DNA of 64,000 bases from an uncultured Pseudomonadales bacterium. Lineage in GTDB: Bacteria > Patescibacteriota > Microgenomatia > UBA1400 > PJMF01. Made by a program: the position numbers and the translations under genes. The stretch lies in contig CAZEEV010000001.1 of NCBI GenBank assembly GCA_964511345.1, positions 8,089-72,088 of the forward strand, read 5' to 3'. A model generated the notes under the pieces. That model had not been told where the DNA came from, ran no database searches, and saw only the letters and a program-made list of their open reading frames with translations. Shown in pieces: positions 55,350 to 64,000 of the stretch (within the stretch, counting starts at the first letter, position 1; each line of letters begins with the position of its first letter).

Positions 55350-56711
55350 ATGCAAAAGTTAAATATTGAAGCCTTAATTCAAGACTTCAATAGAGCAGAT
55401 ACTATCTTGGTTATTTCTAAGTACCCTTATAAAAATATCGGGGAGTCTTTTCATGGTGTGGCCGTTTATACCAAAGATACTCTAGAGGCTATTTCTACCA
55501 AGACTCAACAAAAATTTGTGGTTTTAGTAGAGAAAAAATATAACCGCCAGGCTGAAATAAGAGCTAACGGTTCTATTTTAATTTTACCTATTTTTAATAA
55601 TCACCCAGCCTTGGTTTTTAAAGAACTTGCCGCTGTTATTGCGCAATTCGATCAAATTAAAAATATTCAATTGCATTCAGAATTTTACAATTCTGGTAAT
55701 TTAGTGCAAATGTCTTTGCTTTTGCCTTTTTTATATTTATTACGCTTACAAGGCAAAATTGTTAGTTTTGTGGCTCACAATGTGGTTCATGATTTTTCTT
55801 TTTTAACTAATCATTTGGGTAAAAAAGAAAATAATTGGAAACTTAATGTTTTAAGCAAACTTATTCCTTGGTATTACCGCTTTTTGTCTTTTGGTGTAGA
55901 GCAATTCATCACTTTAGATGAGAGTATTAGCAATCGCTTGGGTTCTTGCTTATGGCAAAAAAATAAAGTCAAAACTACTTCTATTTGGCTAAAAAATAAA
56001 ACAATCAGTACTAAAAAAACTCAAACTGTTCGTCAACAATTCGCTGTCAGCGAAAATGAAATTGTTCTATCTGTTTTTGGTTTTATGAGTCGCTATAAAG
56101 GAGTTGACGGTTTGCTGAAGAATTTCTTGCGTTTCAAAAAAGAATTTCCAAAAAGTAAATTTAAACTATTTTTAGCTGGTGGCATGGCTCCTTCACAAAA
56201 AAATCAAAAACATTATCAAGATTTTTATGCTGGATTAGAGCAATTAGCTAAAAAACATCAAGATATTACTTTGACTGGCTTTATTCCTAGTAGAGAGCTA
56301 GAAAATTATATGGCTCTTACCGATGTGGTTTTGTTGCCATACAAGGGTATTCTAGGCGCTTCAGCTTCTTGGGCAACTGTTTTAAGTTATAGCAAAGCTT
56401 GTTTTTTCTCTAGATCTTTAGCTCCATACTTTGATTCTCCAGATGTTCAAAAAACTTTAACAGAGCTTAATATGAGCAGTGAAGATTTAATTTTTGAAGA
56501 AGACTATCAGGCTTTTAAGAAATTACTTTTGAATTTGCAAAAAGACGACACTTTACTTGATCAAGCTACTCATTTCTCTAAACTTCTTAGTGTTTTTAGA
56601 GATGAAAAAGTCTGTATTTTCCGTGATTTTCCACCTTTATACTTTCCACGTGCTTGCACTAAAAGAGACCAAGCTTGTTATAATTATCATAATGAAAAAA
56701 TTGCTGCTTAA
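55350..56711 (+). CDS. GT-B fold glycosyltransferase (GT4-like)
   Basis: C-terminal 'FKLFLAGGMAPS...LTGFIPSRELENYMALTDVVLLPY' is typical of the GT1/GT4 C-terminal domain. Confidence 0.55.
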   Translation: MQKLNIEALIQDFNRADTILVISKYPYKNIGESFHGVAVYTKDTLEAISTKTQQKFVVLVEKKYNRQAEIRANGSILILPIFNNHPALVFKELAAVIAQFDQIKNIQLHSEFYNSGNLVQMSLLLPFLYLLRLQGKIVSFVAHNVVHDFSFLTNHLGKKENNWKLNVLSKLIPWYYRFLSFGVEQFITLDESISNRLGSCLWQKNKVKTTSIWLKNKTISTKKTQTVRQQFAVSENEIVLSVFGFMSRYKGVDGLLKNFLRFKKEFPKSKFKLFLAGGMAPSQKNQKHYQDFYAGLEQLAKKHQDITLTGFIPSRELENYMALTDVVLLPYKGILGASASWATVLSYSKACFFSRSLAPYFDSPDVQKTLTELNMSSEDLIFEEDYQAFKKLLLNLQKDDTLLDQATHFSKLLSVFRDEKVCIFRDFPPLYFPRACTKRDQACYNYHNEKIAA

Positions 56712-59700
56712 GTTTTGGGCGCTTTGTTTATTGTTTTTATTAGCTTTAGTTTTGATTTTTGCCAATTTTTCTTCAGGTACTTTTTTGAGTGGTTGGGATA
56801 ATTTACACCCTGAATTTAATCCGCTAATGAATTTGCAAAGAGCTTGGCAATCTGCTTGGCAAGAATATCAGGGTTTAGGTTTGCTAGCTGGTATGGCTCA
56901 CAGTGCTGATTTATTTCGCCAATTAATTTTTCTGCCTCTAACTTTACTATTGCCAGCCGAATTATTTAGATATATCTGGCATTTTTTAATGATTTTAACT
57001 GGGGTGATTGGCAGTTTTTATTTATTTAAATTTCTACTTAAGAAACAAAACTCTCAAAATTTATTAGCTTTTTTAGGAGCTAGTTTTTATTTATTAAACT
57101 TTGGCACTGTGCAAAACTTCTATGTATCTTTTGAGCCATTTGCTGCTTTTTATGCTTTCTTACCTTTATTGTTATTGTTTTTACTTAAAGTTCTTTACGA
57201 AAAAAATTTAAAGAAGAATTTAGTCATCTTTTTTATCTTGTCTGTTTTATCTAGTTCAATGTTTTATGTGCAGACTATTTTTGTCGTTTATTTTGCTTTA
57301 GTTTTTTTATTACTTTTCTTTTATTTCTTGCAAAATAAGCACAAATGGAAAAAGGCTTTGTCCTTATTTGCAATGATTTTGCTAGTCAATTCTTTTTGGT
57401 TACTAAATGTTGTGTACTTCACAATTAATGGATCAGAGCTTTTAGCAGACAGTAAGGGTAAAGCCATGTCTAATGACGTTCTAAGTCTCAAAAACCAGGC
57501 TTTTGGTGATTTTGCTCATCTTGTTAAGCTGCAAGGTTTTTGGCTCGGAGAAACTGACTTTGATCAGTTTGGTAATGCCGTCTATCTTTTTGATGCTTGG
57601 AAAACTCATTTTAGTTATTTATCAGTTAATGTTTTGGCTTTTATTTTTTTCGCTTTAGTATTATTGGGTATTTGGCAGCTTTTCAGAAAAAAAGTTAAGC
57701 ATCGTCTTTTTATTTTTGGAGGATTTTTGCTTTCTCTATGGATGATGGCGCTCAATGTCTTTCCTTTTAGTATCTTGACTAAGCTTGTTGAAAGAATTTT
57801 TTCTTTATTTGATGAAATGTTTCGCATCAACTTCACCAAATGGATTGTGCCATACAGTTTATTTTATAGTTTGCTATTAACTTTTGGTTTAGCTTTTGCC
57901 TTTTCTTTACTCAAGAAAAAAATCTTCAAGCTAGTTTCTGCTCCAATCTTTTTTATCGCTCTCATTTTTTATTCACTGCCTTCTTTTCAGGGTCATTTTT
58001 TTTACGAACGTTTACGTGTAAAGATTCCTGAAGCCTATTTTGAGCTTTTTACCTATTTTAAGCATGAAGCTCCAGCTAGTAGTCGCATTGCTAATTTACC
58101 TCAGCACACTTTTTATAGTTGGCAGTGGAATGATTGGGGCTATCGTGGCTCTGGTTTTTTGTGGTATGGCATTAAACAACCTATTTTAGATCGGGCCTTT
58201 GACGTATGGAGTGAAGCTGATGAGCGTTATTATTGGCAATTGCAGACAGCTTTAGATAAAAAAGACGTGAAAATGTTAGAGGATATTTTCAGTCAATACG
58301 ATGTCGATTATTTATTATTAGATACTTCAATTGTTAATCGTAACACGGTTAAGCCTTTTGACTACCAAGCGCTCAAAGAACTATTAGCAAGCTCTAGCCG
58401 TCTAAATTTAATTAAGGAGTTTGACTTTTTAAGTCTTTATAGCTTTGCTGATTTTGAAAATAGTCGTGAAAAAGACTTCGTTACTTTATATGATCATTTA
58501 CCTATAATCAGTAATTCTTATAAACATAGCTGGAGTGACCAGGCTTTTACTGATTTTCACGATTATTTGAACATTGATAAAAAACCAGCAGAAAATGCGG
58601 AAATTATTTACCCCTTTGCTTCTTTGTTTACCAATCACACACAGAAAGACTTGGAATTTGACTTAAGCGAAGAAGAACAATTTTTTTATCTACAGAGTTT
58701 GCAAACTTTACCAGTGGAAAATCTTACTTTAAATTTTCAAGATTGGCTGTCTAGTGAGAATTTCTTACCCTTTCAAATGACTTGGAGCAGTGATGCTAAA
58801 CAAACCAAATTAGTTTTTAAAACGCTTTTGCCAGAGATTTATTATCAAAAACAAAAAATCACTTTTCCTTTAAATAAAGAAATTACCTTGAATAGTTATC
58901 TCTGCAGACAAAACAATGATTGTTTGATTAACATTAATCAACAGTTTTTGTTGAATTTTAGTCAAGCAGGTGAGGCGATAGTTTTATTGTCTACTAAGCA
59001 ACGTAATACTATTGCTCTGAGTAATAGTAAAAAAATTGAATACTTTGATTATGCTTTTTTTGATTTAAGTTTTTTTGATTTTGAAGTTAAAGAATTTACT
59101 TTAGAAGAAACCAATGATTTTGTGGCTAAAATCCCCAAGGTTTTAATACAAGCTGATATTTTGAAAACTGATCTCAACTTAAATGAAGCTCAAAACTGTC
59201 GTCCACTATCTGGTGGCAGTTATTTCAAAGAAAAAAGAGTAGATGGCAACTATTATCAAGCAACGAGCGCTAGTGTTTGCGACTATTTTTATTTGGAGCA
59301 ACTCAAACATAATCTGGCTTATTTATTTAAATTGGATGCACAAAATCTCAGTTCTTTACCTTTTGTTTCTGCTATCCAATCTGCCAGTTTTGGTCGTAGC
59401 CCCATCGAAACTTATTTAGGTCAAGGAGTAAATTATCAAATCATACCGCCAACAGAAAATTTTAATCAGGGTTACACCCTTTATTTATCCACTGATTCTT
59501 ACGGTCAAGAAATTAATCGCAACGTACTCAAATCAGCCGAAGTTTTCTATTGGCCTTACCAATTTTTAATGAGCTTAAATTTACAGCAAAAAGATCAAGT
59601 TGTGCAAACTGCCAAACTTGCTGATTGCGACCCAGAGGTTTATAAAAAAGCCCTCTGGCTCTACCAAGTGCAATTGCCTACAAATTGTCAGGCAAAATAT

Positions 59701-59922
59701 TTGAAATTATCTCAAGCTTATGATTCTGGTTGGCTAGCACTACAAAATGGGCGGCTATTAGAGCACCAAAAAATTAATAATTGGAGTAATACTTGGGTTT
59801 TGAGTGGGTTGGAGAACCAGCCAATCTATATCTTTTTTTATCCACAATGGTTAGAGTATTCAGGATTATCCAGTTTATTAATTACAATCTTGACGATTTT
59901 AGTACATAGAAAAGCACGGTGA
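56692..59922 (+). CDS. large polytopic membrane protein (~13 TM helices plus ~600 aa extracytoplasmic domain); possibly a GT-C/YfhO-like glycosyltransferase
   Basis: The hydrophobicity pattern and size support this. It overlaps the upstream GT gene by 20 nt. The family was not confirmed. Confidence 0.5.
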   Translation: MKKLLLKFWALCLLFLLALVLIFANFSSGTFLSGWDNLHPEFNPLMNLQRAWQSAWQEYQGLGLLAGMAHSADLFRQLIFLPLTLLLPAELFRYIWHFLMILTGVIGSFYLFKFLLKKQNSQNLLAFLGASFYLLNFGTVQNFYVSFEPFAAFYAFLPLLLLFLLKVLYEKNLKKNLVIFFILSVLSSSMFYVQTIFVVYFALVFLLLFFYFLQNKHKWKKALSLFAMILLVNSFWLLNVVYFTINGSELLADSKGKAMSNDVLSLKNQAFGDFAHLVKLQGFWLGETDFDQFGNAVYLFDAWKTHFSYLSVNVLAFIFFALVLLGIWQLFRKKVKHRLFIFGGFLLSLWMMALNVFPFSILTKLVERIFSLFDEMFRINFTKWIVPYSLFYSLLLTFGLAFAFSLLKKKIFKLVSAPIFFIALIFYSLPSFQGHFFYERLRVKIPEAYFELFTYFKHEAPASSRIANLPQHTFYSWQWNDWGYRGSGFLWYGIKQPILDRAFDVWSEADERYYWQLQTALDKKDVKMLEDIFSQYDVDYLLLDTSIVNRNTVKPFDYQALKELLASSSRLNLIKEFDFLSLYSFADFENSREKDFVTLYDHLPIISNSYKHSWSDQAFTDFHDYLNIDKKPAENAEIIYPFASLFTNHTQKDLEFDLSEEEQFFYLQSLQTLPVENLTLNFQDWLSSENFLPFQMTWSSDAKQTKLVFKTLLPEIYYQKQKITFPLNKEITLNSYLCRQNNDCLININQQFLLNFSQAGEAIVLLSTKQRNTIALSNSKKIEYFDYAFFDLSFFDFEVKEFTLEETNDFVAKIPKVLIQADILKTDLNLNEAQNCRPLSGGSYFKEKRVDGNYYQATSASVCDYFYLEQLKHNLAYLFKLDAQNLSSLPFVSAIQSASFGRSPIETYLGQGVNYQIIPPTENFNQGYTLYLSTDSYGQEINRNVLKSAEVFYWPYQFLMSLNLQQKDQVVQTAKLADCDPEVYKKALWLYQVQLPTNCQAKYLKLSQAYDSGWLALQNGRLLEHQKINNWSNTWVLSGLENQPIYIFFYPQWLEYSGLSSLLITILTILVHRKAR

Positions 59923-60413
59923 TGATATCACAAGAGCATGAGCTACTAGCAAGTCAGCAAAAAGAGCGAGAAATTAAATCAACGCGTGCTTTCTGTTATA
60001 TTGATCCACAATTGTCTAAAGGTAACTCCTTAAAACTTGGCGACTTACTAGGCAAAGGTTTCGATTTACAAATAAGCTACCTCGATGGTCGATTAAACCA
60101 AAGAACATTTCTAAATAAAAATTTGTTATTTAATGCAAGTGACATATTCATCTTTTTTTTAAGAGTAGCTCATGTAGAAGAAATTAATGAATTGTATGGA
60201 AAATGGAGAGACATAAAAAAGAAAAACGCCAAAGCCTTTTTTATAATTTTTGATCATGCAAGGTTTTCTTTTTCCGGTGAAGATAATGATCCATCTATAT
60301 CAAGATTTTTAACGATGAAAGCCGATTCTAATACAAGAATTTTACTTGCTCAAAATAATCATTTTAATACTACTACGTTTGTTTACGATCTCAAGCAATT
60401 ACTTTCTCTTTAG
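59919..60413 (+). CDS. hypothetical protein
   Basis: A 164 aa ORF whose ATGA overlaps the large membrane protein. Confidence 0.4.
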   Translation: MMISQEHELLASQQKEREIKSTRAFCYIDPQLSKGNSLKLGDLLGKGFDLQISYLDGRLNQRTFLNKNLLFNASDIFIFFLRVAHVEEINELYGKWRDIKKKNAKAFFIIFDHARFSFSGEDNDPSISRFLTMKADSNTRILLAQNNHFNTTTFVYDLKQLLSL

Positions 60414-60465
60414 GCTTGCTTTTTCTCTTAAAAAGTGCGATAAAGCACTTAAATAATTTTTTGTT

Positions 60466-62277
60466 ATGTCACAGATCAAAGAGATTAAAGATGCGACTAA
60501 TATAGTCGAGATTATCGCAGAAAAAATCAAGCTAGAGAATTCAGGAGTGAATTTTAAAGCTTGTTGTCCTTTTCACAATGAAAAGACGCCCTCATTTTTT
60601 GTTAATCCAGGTTTGCAACGCTATCGTTGTTTTGGCTGCGGAGCTAATGGTGATGTTTTAGATTTCTTGCAAAACTTTGAAGGAGTGACTTTTTATGAAG
60701 CGCTGAAAACTCTTGCCGATCGATCAGGCATCACTTTGAAAGAATTTCAAAAAAGCCAAGAAGATGAAGAACGGGAAAAGCTTTTAGAAATCATGAGTTT
60801 TGCCAAAGAGTATTATCATTATTTACTGACTCAGCATGAAGTTGGTCAAGTGGGCAGAGATTACTTAAAAAATCGAGGTACCACTAATGAATCGATTAAA
60901 ATTTTTCAGCTGGGTTTTGCTACCAATGCTTGGGATTCTTTGCTTAAATACTTACATCATAAGAAGAAGTTTCCACTTAATTTAATAGAAAAAACCGGCC
61001 TAATCATTAAGGGTAAAAGTGGAAATTATTACGATCGTTTTCGTGAGCGCCTGATTTTTCCTCTCAAAAATCATCGTGGACAAGTAGTTGGTTTTTCTGG
61101 TCGTTTGTTAAGTCAGTCGCCTAAAGAAGCCAAATATATCAATTCTCCAGAGACAATGCTTTATCATAAATCACAAATGCTTTATGGATATAGCGAACTT
61201 TTTAGAGAAATTAAAAAGAAAGAACAAGTAGTAGTGGTGGAAGGTGAGTTTGATATGATTTCTTCCACTCAAGCTCATGTAAACCATGTAGTGGCAATTA
61301 AGGGTTCAGCTCTAACTAGTGAACAAGTTAATTTGCTCTCCAGAGTGGCAAAAACCATTGTTCTTTCTCTTGATGCTGATGAGGCTGGGGTAAAGGCGAC
61401 AGAGCGCGCTATTGAAATTGTCAAAGCCAAAGCTATTGATTTAAGAGTGATTGATTTAAAACATCTAGATTTTTTGTCAGCAGAAGATCAAGTCAAAGAT
61501 CCTGACGAATTAGCCAGAGCAAAGCCCAAGCTGTGGCGTCAGGCGGTAGAAAGCGCCGTGTCTGTCTATGAATTTTTATTTAATCATGCTTTAGATCTTT
61601 ATGATTCACAAAGCGCTGATGGTAAAAGGAAAATCATCAATCGTCTTGCTCCAATTCTTGAAACCATTGATCATTTAGTTGAAAAAGAGTTTTATATTCA
61701 AAAATTGTCTGCCATATTGAACGTCAAAGAATCTCTTCTCAAAGCAGATTTGAAAAAATTTGGCCAGAAAAAAACTGATTTACCAGTCGTTCAATCAACT
61801 GAAGTTCCAATTAGTACTGTTAAAAGCTACCAAGAGCGCAATGAAGAATATTTATTCTTTTTACTGTTTAATTTTTCTAGTGACCTGGTCAAAGAAAAAG
61901 CCCAGGCTTTAAGTGATTTTGTTTTTCTAAGTGCTGGTTTCAAAACCATTATTGAAAAATTATTACTTTTCAAAGGCCCTTTTGATTTGCAAAGATTTGC
62001 CAATTTTTTAGCTGAGGATTTGAAGAAAGTGCTAATGGATGTTTTACTCAGTCCAGAGAATGAAAAAAATTTGCAAGCAGATGATTTAGAAAAGGAGTGG
62101 CAGATAATTTTATCCAAAGTTAAAAAAGAATCATTGCGTCAGGAAATTATGCTAATCAATGAAGAAATTGGCCGTTTAGATAGTAGCCTGAAGAGAACAG
62201 AGGCAGAAGAAAAAAAACTTGATCAACTCTTATCTTTGATTATTCAAAAACAAGCAGCAGTTAAAAAACTCGACTAA
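60466..62277 (+). CDS. dnaG: DNA primase
   Basis: Zinc ribbon 'CCPFHNEKTPSF...CFGCGANGD', a Toprim domain 'VVVEGEFD' and a C-terminal helicase-interaction region. Confidence 0.9.
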   Translation: MSQIKEIKDATNIVEIIAEKIKLENSGVNFKACCPFHNEKTPSFFVNPGLQRYRCFGCGANGDVLDFLQNFEGVTFYEALKTLADRSGITLKEFQKSQEDEEREKLLEIMSFAKEYYHYLLTQHEVGQVGRDYLKNRGTTNESIKIFQLGFATNAWDSLLKYLHHKKKFPLNLIEKTGLIIKGKSGNYYDRFRERLIFPLKNHRGQVVGFSGRLLSQSPKEAKYINSPETMLYHKSQMLYGYSELFREIKKKEQVVVVEGEFDMISSTQAHVNHVVAIKGSALTSEQVNLLSRVAKTIVLSLDADEAGVKATERAIEIVKAKAIDLRVIDLKHLDFLSAEDQVKDPDELARAKPKLWRQAVESAVSVYEFLFNHALDLYDSQSADGKRKIINRLAPILETIDHLVEKEFYIQKLSAILNVKESLLKADLKKFGQKKTDLPVVQSTEVPISTVKSYQERNEEYLFFLLFNFSSDLVKEKAQALSDFVFLSAGFKTIIEKLLLFKGPFDLQRFANFLAEDLKKVLMDVLLSPENEKNLQADDLEKEWQIILSKVKKESLRQEIMLINEEIGRLDSSLKRTEAEEKKLDQLLSLIIQKQAAVKKLD

Positions 62278-62314
62278 AAATTTCTATTGCACTCAACAAA
62301 TTTGCCTCTTGTCA

Positions 62315-62335
62315 ATATACCCCCCACCGGTATAT
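62315..62335. promoter_or_regulatory. candidate CsoR/RcnR-type operator: ATATA-C6-ACCGG-TATAT pseudo-palindrome
   Basis: atataccccccaccggtatat lies 10 nt upstream of the regulator's ATG. A G/C tract flanked by AT-rich inverted arms is typical of the family. Confidence 0.4.
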
Positions 62336-62344
62336 CATAAAAGC

Positions 62345-62590
62345 ATGAATCAAGCTAAAAAAGATACTATAGCTGTCTCACTCAAACGAATCAGTGGACA
62401 AATTGATGGTGTTGCCAAAATGTATGAGGAGCAAAGACCTTGCGTTGAAATTGCTCGCCAGTTAGCCGCTGCACGCAATTCTATTTCTAGAGTAGCGCGC
62501 GACATTTTAACTAGTGAAGCTAGTACTTGTTCCAAAGACAATAATTGCAGACAATTAGATCTAGTTCTTAAAGAGCTTTTACGTTATTAA
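62345..62590 (+). CDS. CsoR/RcnR/FrmR-family (DUF156) transcriptional repressor, Cys-only sensor type
   Basis: 'LKRISGQIDGVAKMYEEQRPC' and 'STCSKDNNC' match the alpha1/alpha2 pattern of the family. The start was set at MNQAKK. Confidence 0.65.
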   Translation: MNQAKKDTIAVSLKRISGQIDGVAKMYEEQRPCVEIARQLAAARNSISRVARDILTSEASTCSKDNNCRQLDLVLKELLRY

Positions 62591-62615
62591 TTAATACTTA
62601 ATTTAGAAAGGTAGT

Positions 62616-62942
62616 ATGAGTGCTATACATTTAGATAATAACAATTTTCAAAGTGTTGTTGAAGGTGGCAAGGGTGTGGTTTTAGTAGATTTTTTTGCCA
62701 CTTGGTGTGGACCATGTCAAATGTCGGCTCCAATTGTTGATAAGATGGCAGATGACTATGCTGATAAAGCTAAAATTGTTAAAGTTGATGTTGATCAGGC
62801 TAGAGAACCTGCGACCAAGTATGGTGTGATGAGTATTCCTACTTTTATCATTTTCAAAGATGGCCAAGAAATGGATCGTCAAACTGGTTTTCCTGGAGAA
62901 GCAGCTTTGAAAGCGATGATAGACAAAGCTTTAGCAAGTTAG
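62616..62942 (+). CDS. trxA: thioredoxin
   Basis: 'FFATWCGPCQM' active site. 108 aa. Confidence 0.9.
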   Translation: MSAIHLDNNNFQSVVEGGKGVVLVDFFATWCGPCQMSAPIVDKMADDYADKAKIVKVDVDQAREPATKYGVMSIPTFIIFKDGQEMDRQTGFPGEAALKAMIDKALAS

Positions 62943-62964
62943 AATAAATTAAAGGAATTGTGTC

Positions 62965-63978
62965 ATGATGAAACTGCAAATTGCAATTATTGGTTCTGGT
63001 CCGGCAGGATTAACGGCTGCTGTTTATACTTCTCGTGCTCGTTTAGCAACTACCCTATTTGCAGGTATGGAAATTGGTGGGCAATTAATGTACACCAGTG
63101 ACATTGAAAATTTTCCAGGATTTCCAGAGGGTAAAGCTGGCCCCATCTTAATGATGGATTTGCAAAAACAAGCAGCACGCTTCGGCACAGACATTAAGTA
63201 TGAATTTATTACTGCCGTGGATTTTTCCAAAAAACCTTTTTCACTTTGGACTAGTTTGCCAGAAGGTGTGGGTTATCAGCAGTTCAAATCACTCAAAGGC
63301 GATGATTTATTAAAAGCGATGGCTCAAATTCGTCAAAGTGAAGCTAACTATCAGGCGGAGACGGTGATTGTGGCTACTGGAGCGGGAAGTGTGATGTTGG
63401 GTGTCCCTGGCGAACAAGAATATTTTGGTCATGGAGTCAGTACTTGTGCAGTCTGTGACGCTGCTTTCTATAAAGACAAAAATGTTTATGTGGTTGGCGG
63501 TGGGGACAGTGCTATGGAAGATGCTACTGCCTTAGCTAAATTTACCAATACAGTGACCATTCTTTATCGTGGTGAAGCATTTCGAGCTAGTAAAATCATG
63601 CAGGAGAGGGTGTTAAATAATCCCAATATTAAAGTTTTGTGGAATACCAATCTTCAAGAAATTTTAGGTGATGGCAAGACAGTGCAGAAAATTAAAATTG
63701 AAACCAAGGGTCAATCTCAAGAATTAAGCGCAGAAGGAGTTTTTTTAGCGATTGGTCACAAGCCTAACACGAATTTATTTCTAGAGCAGCTTGAATTGGA
63801 TCGAGCTGGATATATTCAATTAGCCAAACATGATGTCTATTCGACGCAAACTTCTGTAGAGGGAGTTTTTGCGGCTGGTGATGTGGCTGATCATCGTTAT
63901 CGTCAAGCCATTGTTTCGGCGGGTATGGGCACTCAAGCGGCTTTAGATGTTGAACATTATTTGCTTAATCATGAATAG
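62965..63978 (+). CDS. trxB: thioredoxin-disulfide reductase
   Basis: 'IAIIGSGPAG' FAD motif, the 'CAVCD' redox-active disulfide and 'GGGDSAMEDA' NADPH motif. Confidence 0.9.
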   Translation: MMKLQIAIIGSGPAGLTAAVYTSRARLATTLFAGMEIGGQLMYTSDIENFPGFPEGKAGPILMMDLQKQAARFGTDIKYEFITAVDFSKKPFSLWTSLPEGVGYQQFKSLKGDDLLKAMAQIRQSEANYQAETVIVATGAGSVMLGVPGEQEYFGHGVSTCAVCDAAFYKDKNVYVVGGGDSAMEDATALAKFTNTVTILYRGEAFRASKIMQERVLNNPNIKVLWNTNLQEILGDGKTVQKIKIETKGQSQELSAEGVFLAIGHKPNTNLFLEQLELDRAGYIQLAKHDVYSTQTSVEGVFAAGDVADHRYRQAIVSAGMGTQAALDVEHYLLNHE

Positions 63979-64000
63979 AAGAATTATTTTAGCCTCACAA

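Noticed and set aside
54945-55355. 136 aa and 87 aa minus-strand ORFs (54945-55355, 54974-55237) antisense to the lipoprotein gene
   Set aside because: Long antisense frames are expected by chance in a ~50% GC segment. The sense ORF has a textbook lipoprotein signal peptide and an RBS, while the antisense frames have neither.

Overview
This is a low-GC (~35%), gene-dense bacterial chromosomal segment of about 80 CDS on both strands. It has short intergenic regions, frequent 1-4 nt overlaps between consecutive genes, and many leaderless-looking starts. Most genes are housekeeping functions. Information processing: rpoD, dnaG, a DEAD-box helicase, a UvrD-family helicase fused to a RecB-like nuclease, a RecD-like helicase, rarA, typA, queA, map and a pseudouridine synthase. 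Nucleotide metabolism: purA/purB and hpt. Pentose-phosphate pathway: zwf and a short Gnd-like dehydrogenase. Redox and envelope: trxA/trxB behind a CsoR-family regulator, glmS, and an LCP-family protein. There are three tRNAs (Asn-GTT, Arg read as GCG, Ser-CGA). The gene content (sortase, LCP, large PT-linker surface proteins, reduced metabolism) suggests a small-genome Gram-positive-like or Patescibacteria-like organism, but this is inference only. Items worth a second look: (i) a ~1.1 kb island (54.2-55.3 kb) at ~50% GC holding a lipoprotein gene with atypical codon usage, closed by GC-rich hairpins and preceded by a ~480 nt heavily structured RNA region. (ii) A probable glmS ribozyme in the glmS 5'UTR. 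(iii) A sortase next to a protein carrying a non-canonical 'PATG' sorting signal. (iv) An operonic pair of a Ddl-family ATP-grasp ligase and a C39-like Cys/His peptidase-fold protein. (v) Two paralogous giant surface proteins (GLUG-repeat and FN3/LysM types) sharing a PT-linker plus a Cys-bracketed C-terminal module. (vi) A conserved 11-17 nt module 'tatcctataaYattgac' directly 5' of the -35 box at four consensus promoters. (vii) Two ~160 bp elements with perfect 20 bp and 25 bp inverted-repeat arms, sitting directly in front of rpoD and the RecD-like helicase. No CRISPR array, rRNA, transposase or integrase was recognised.
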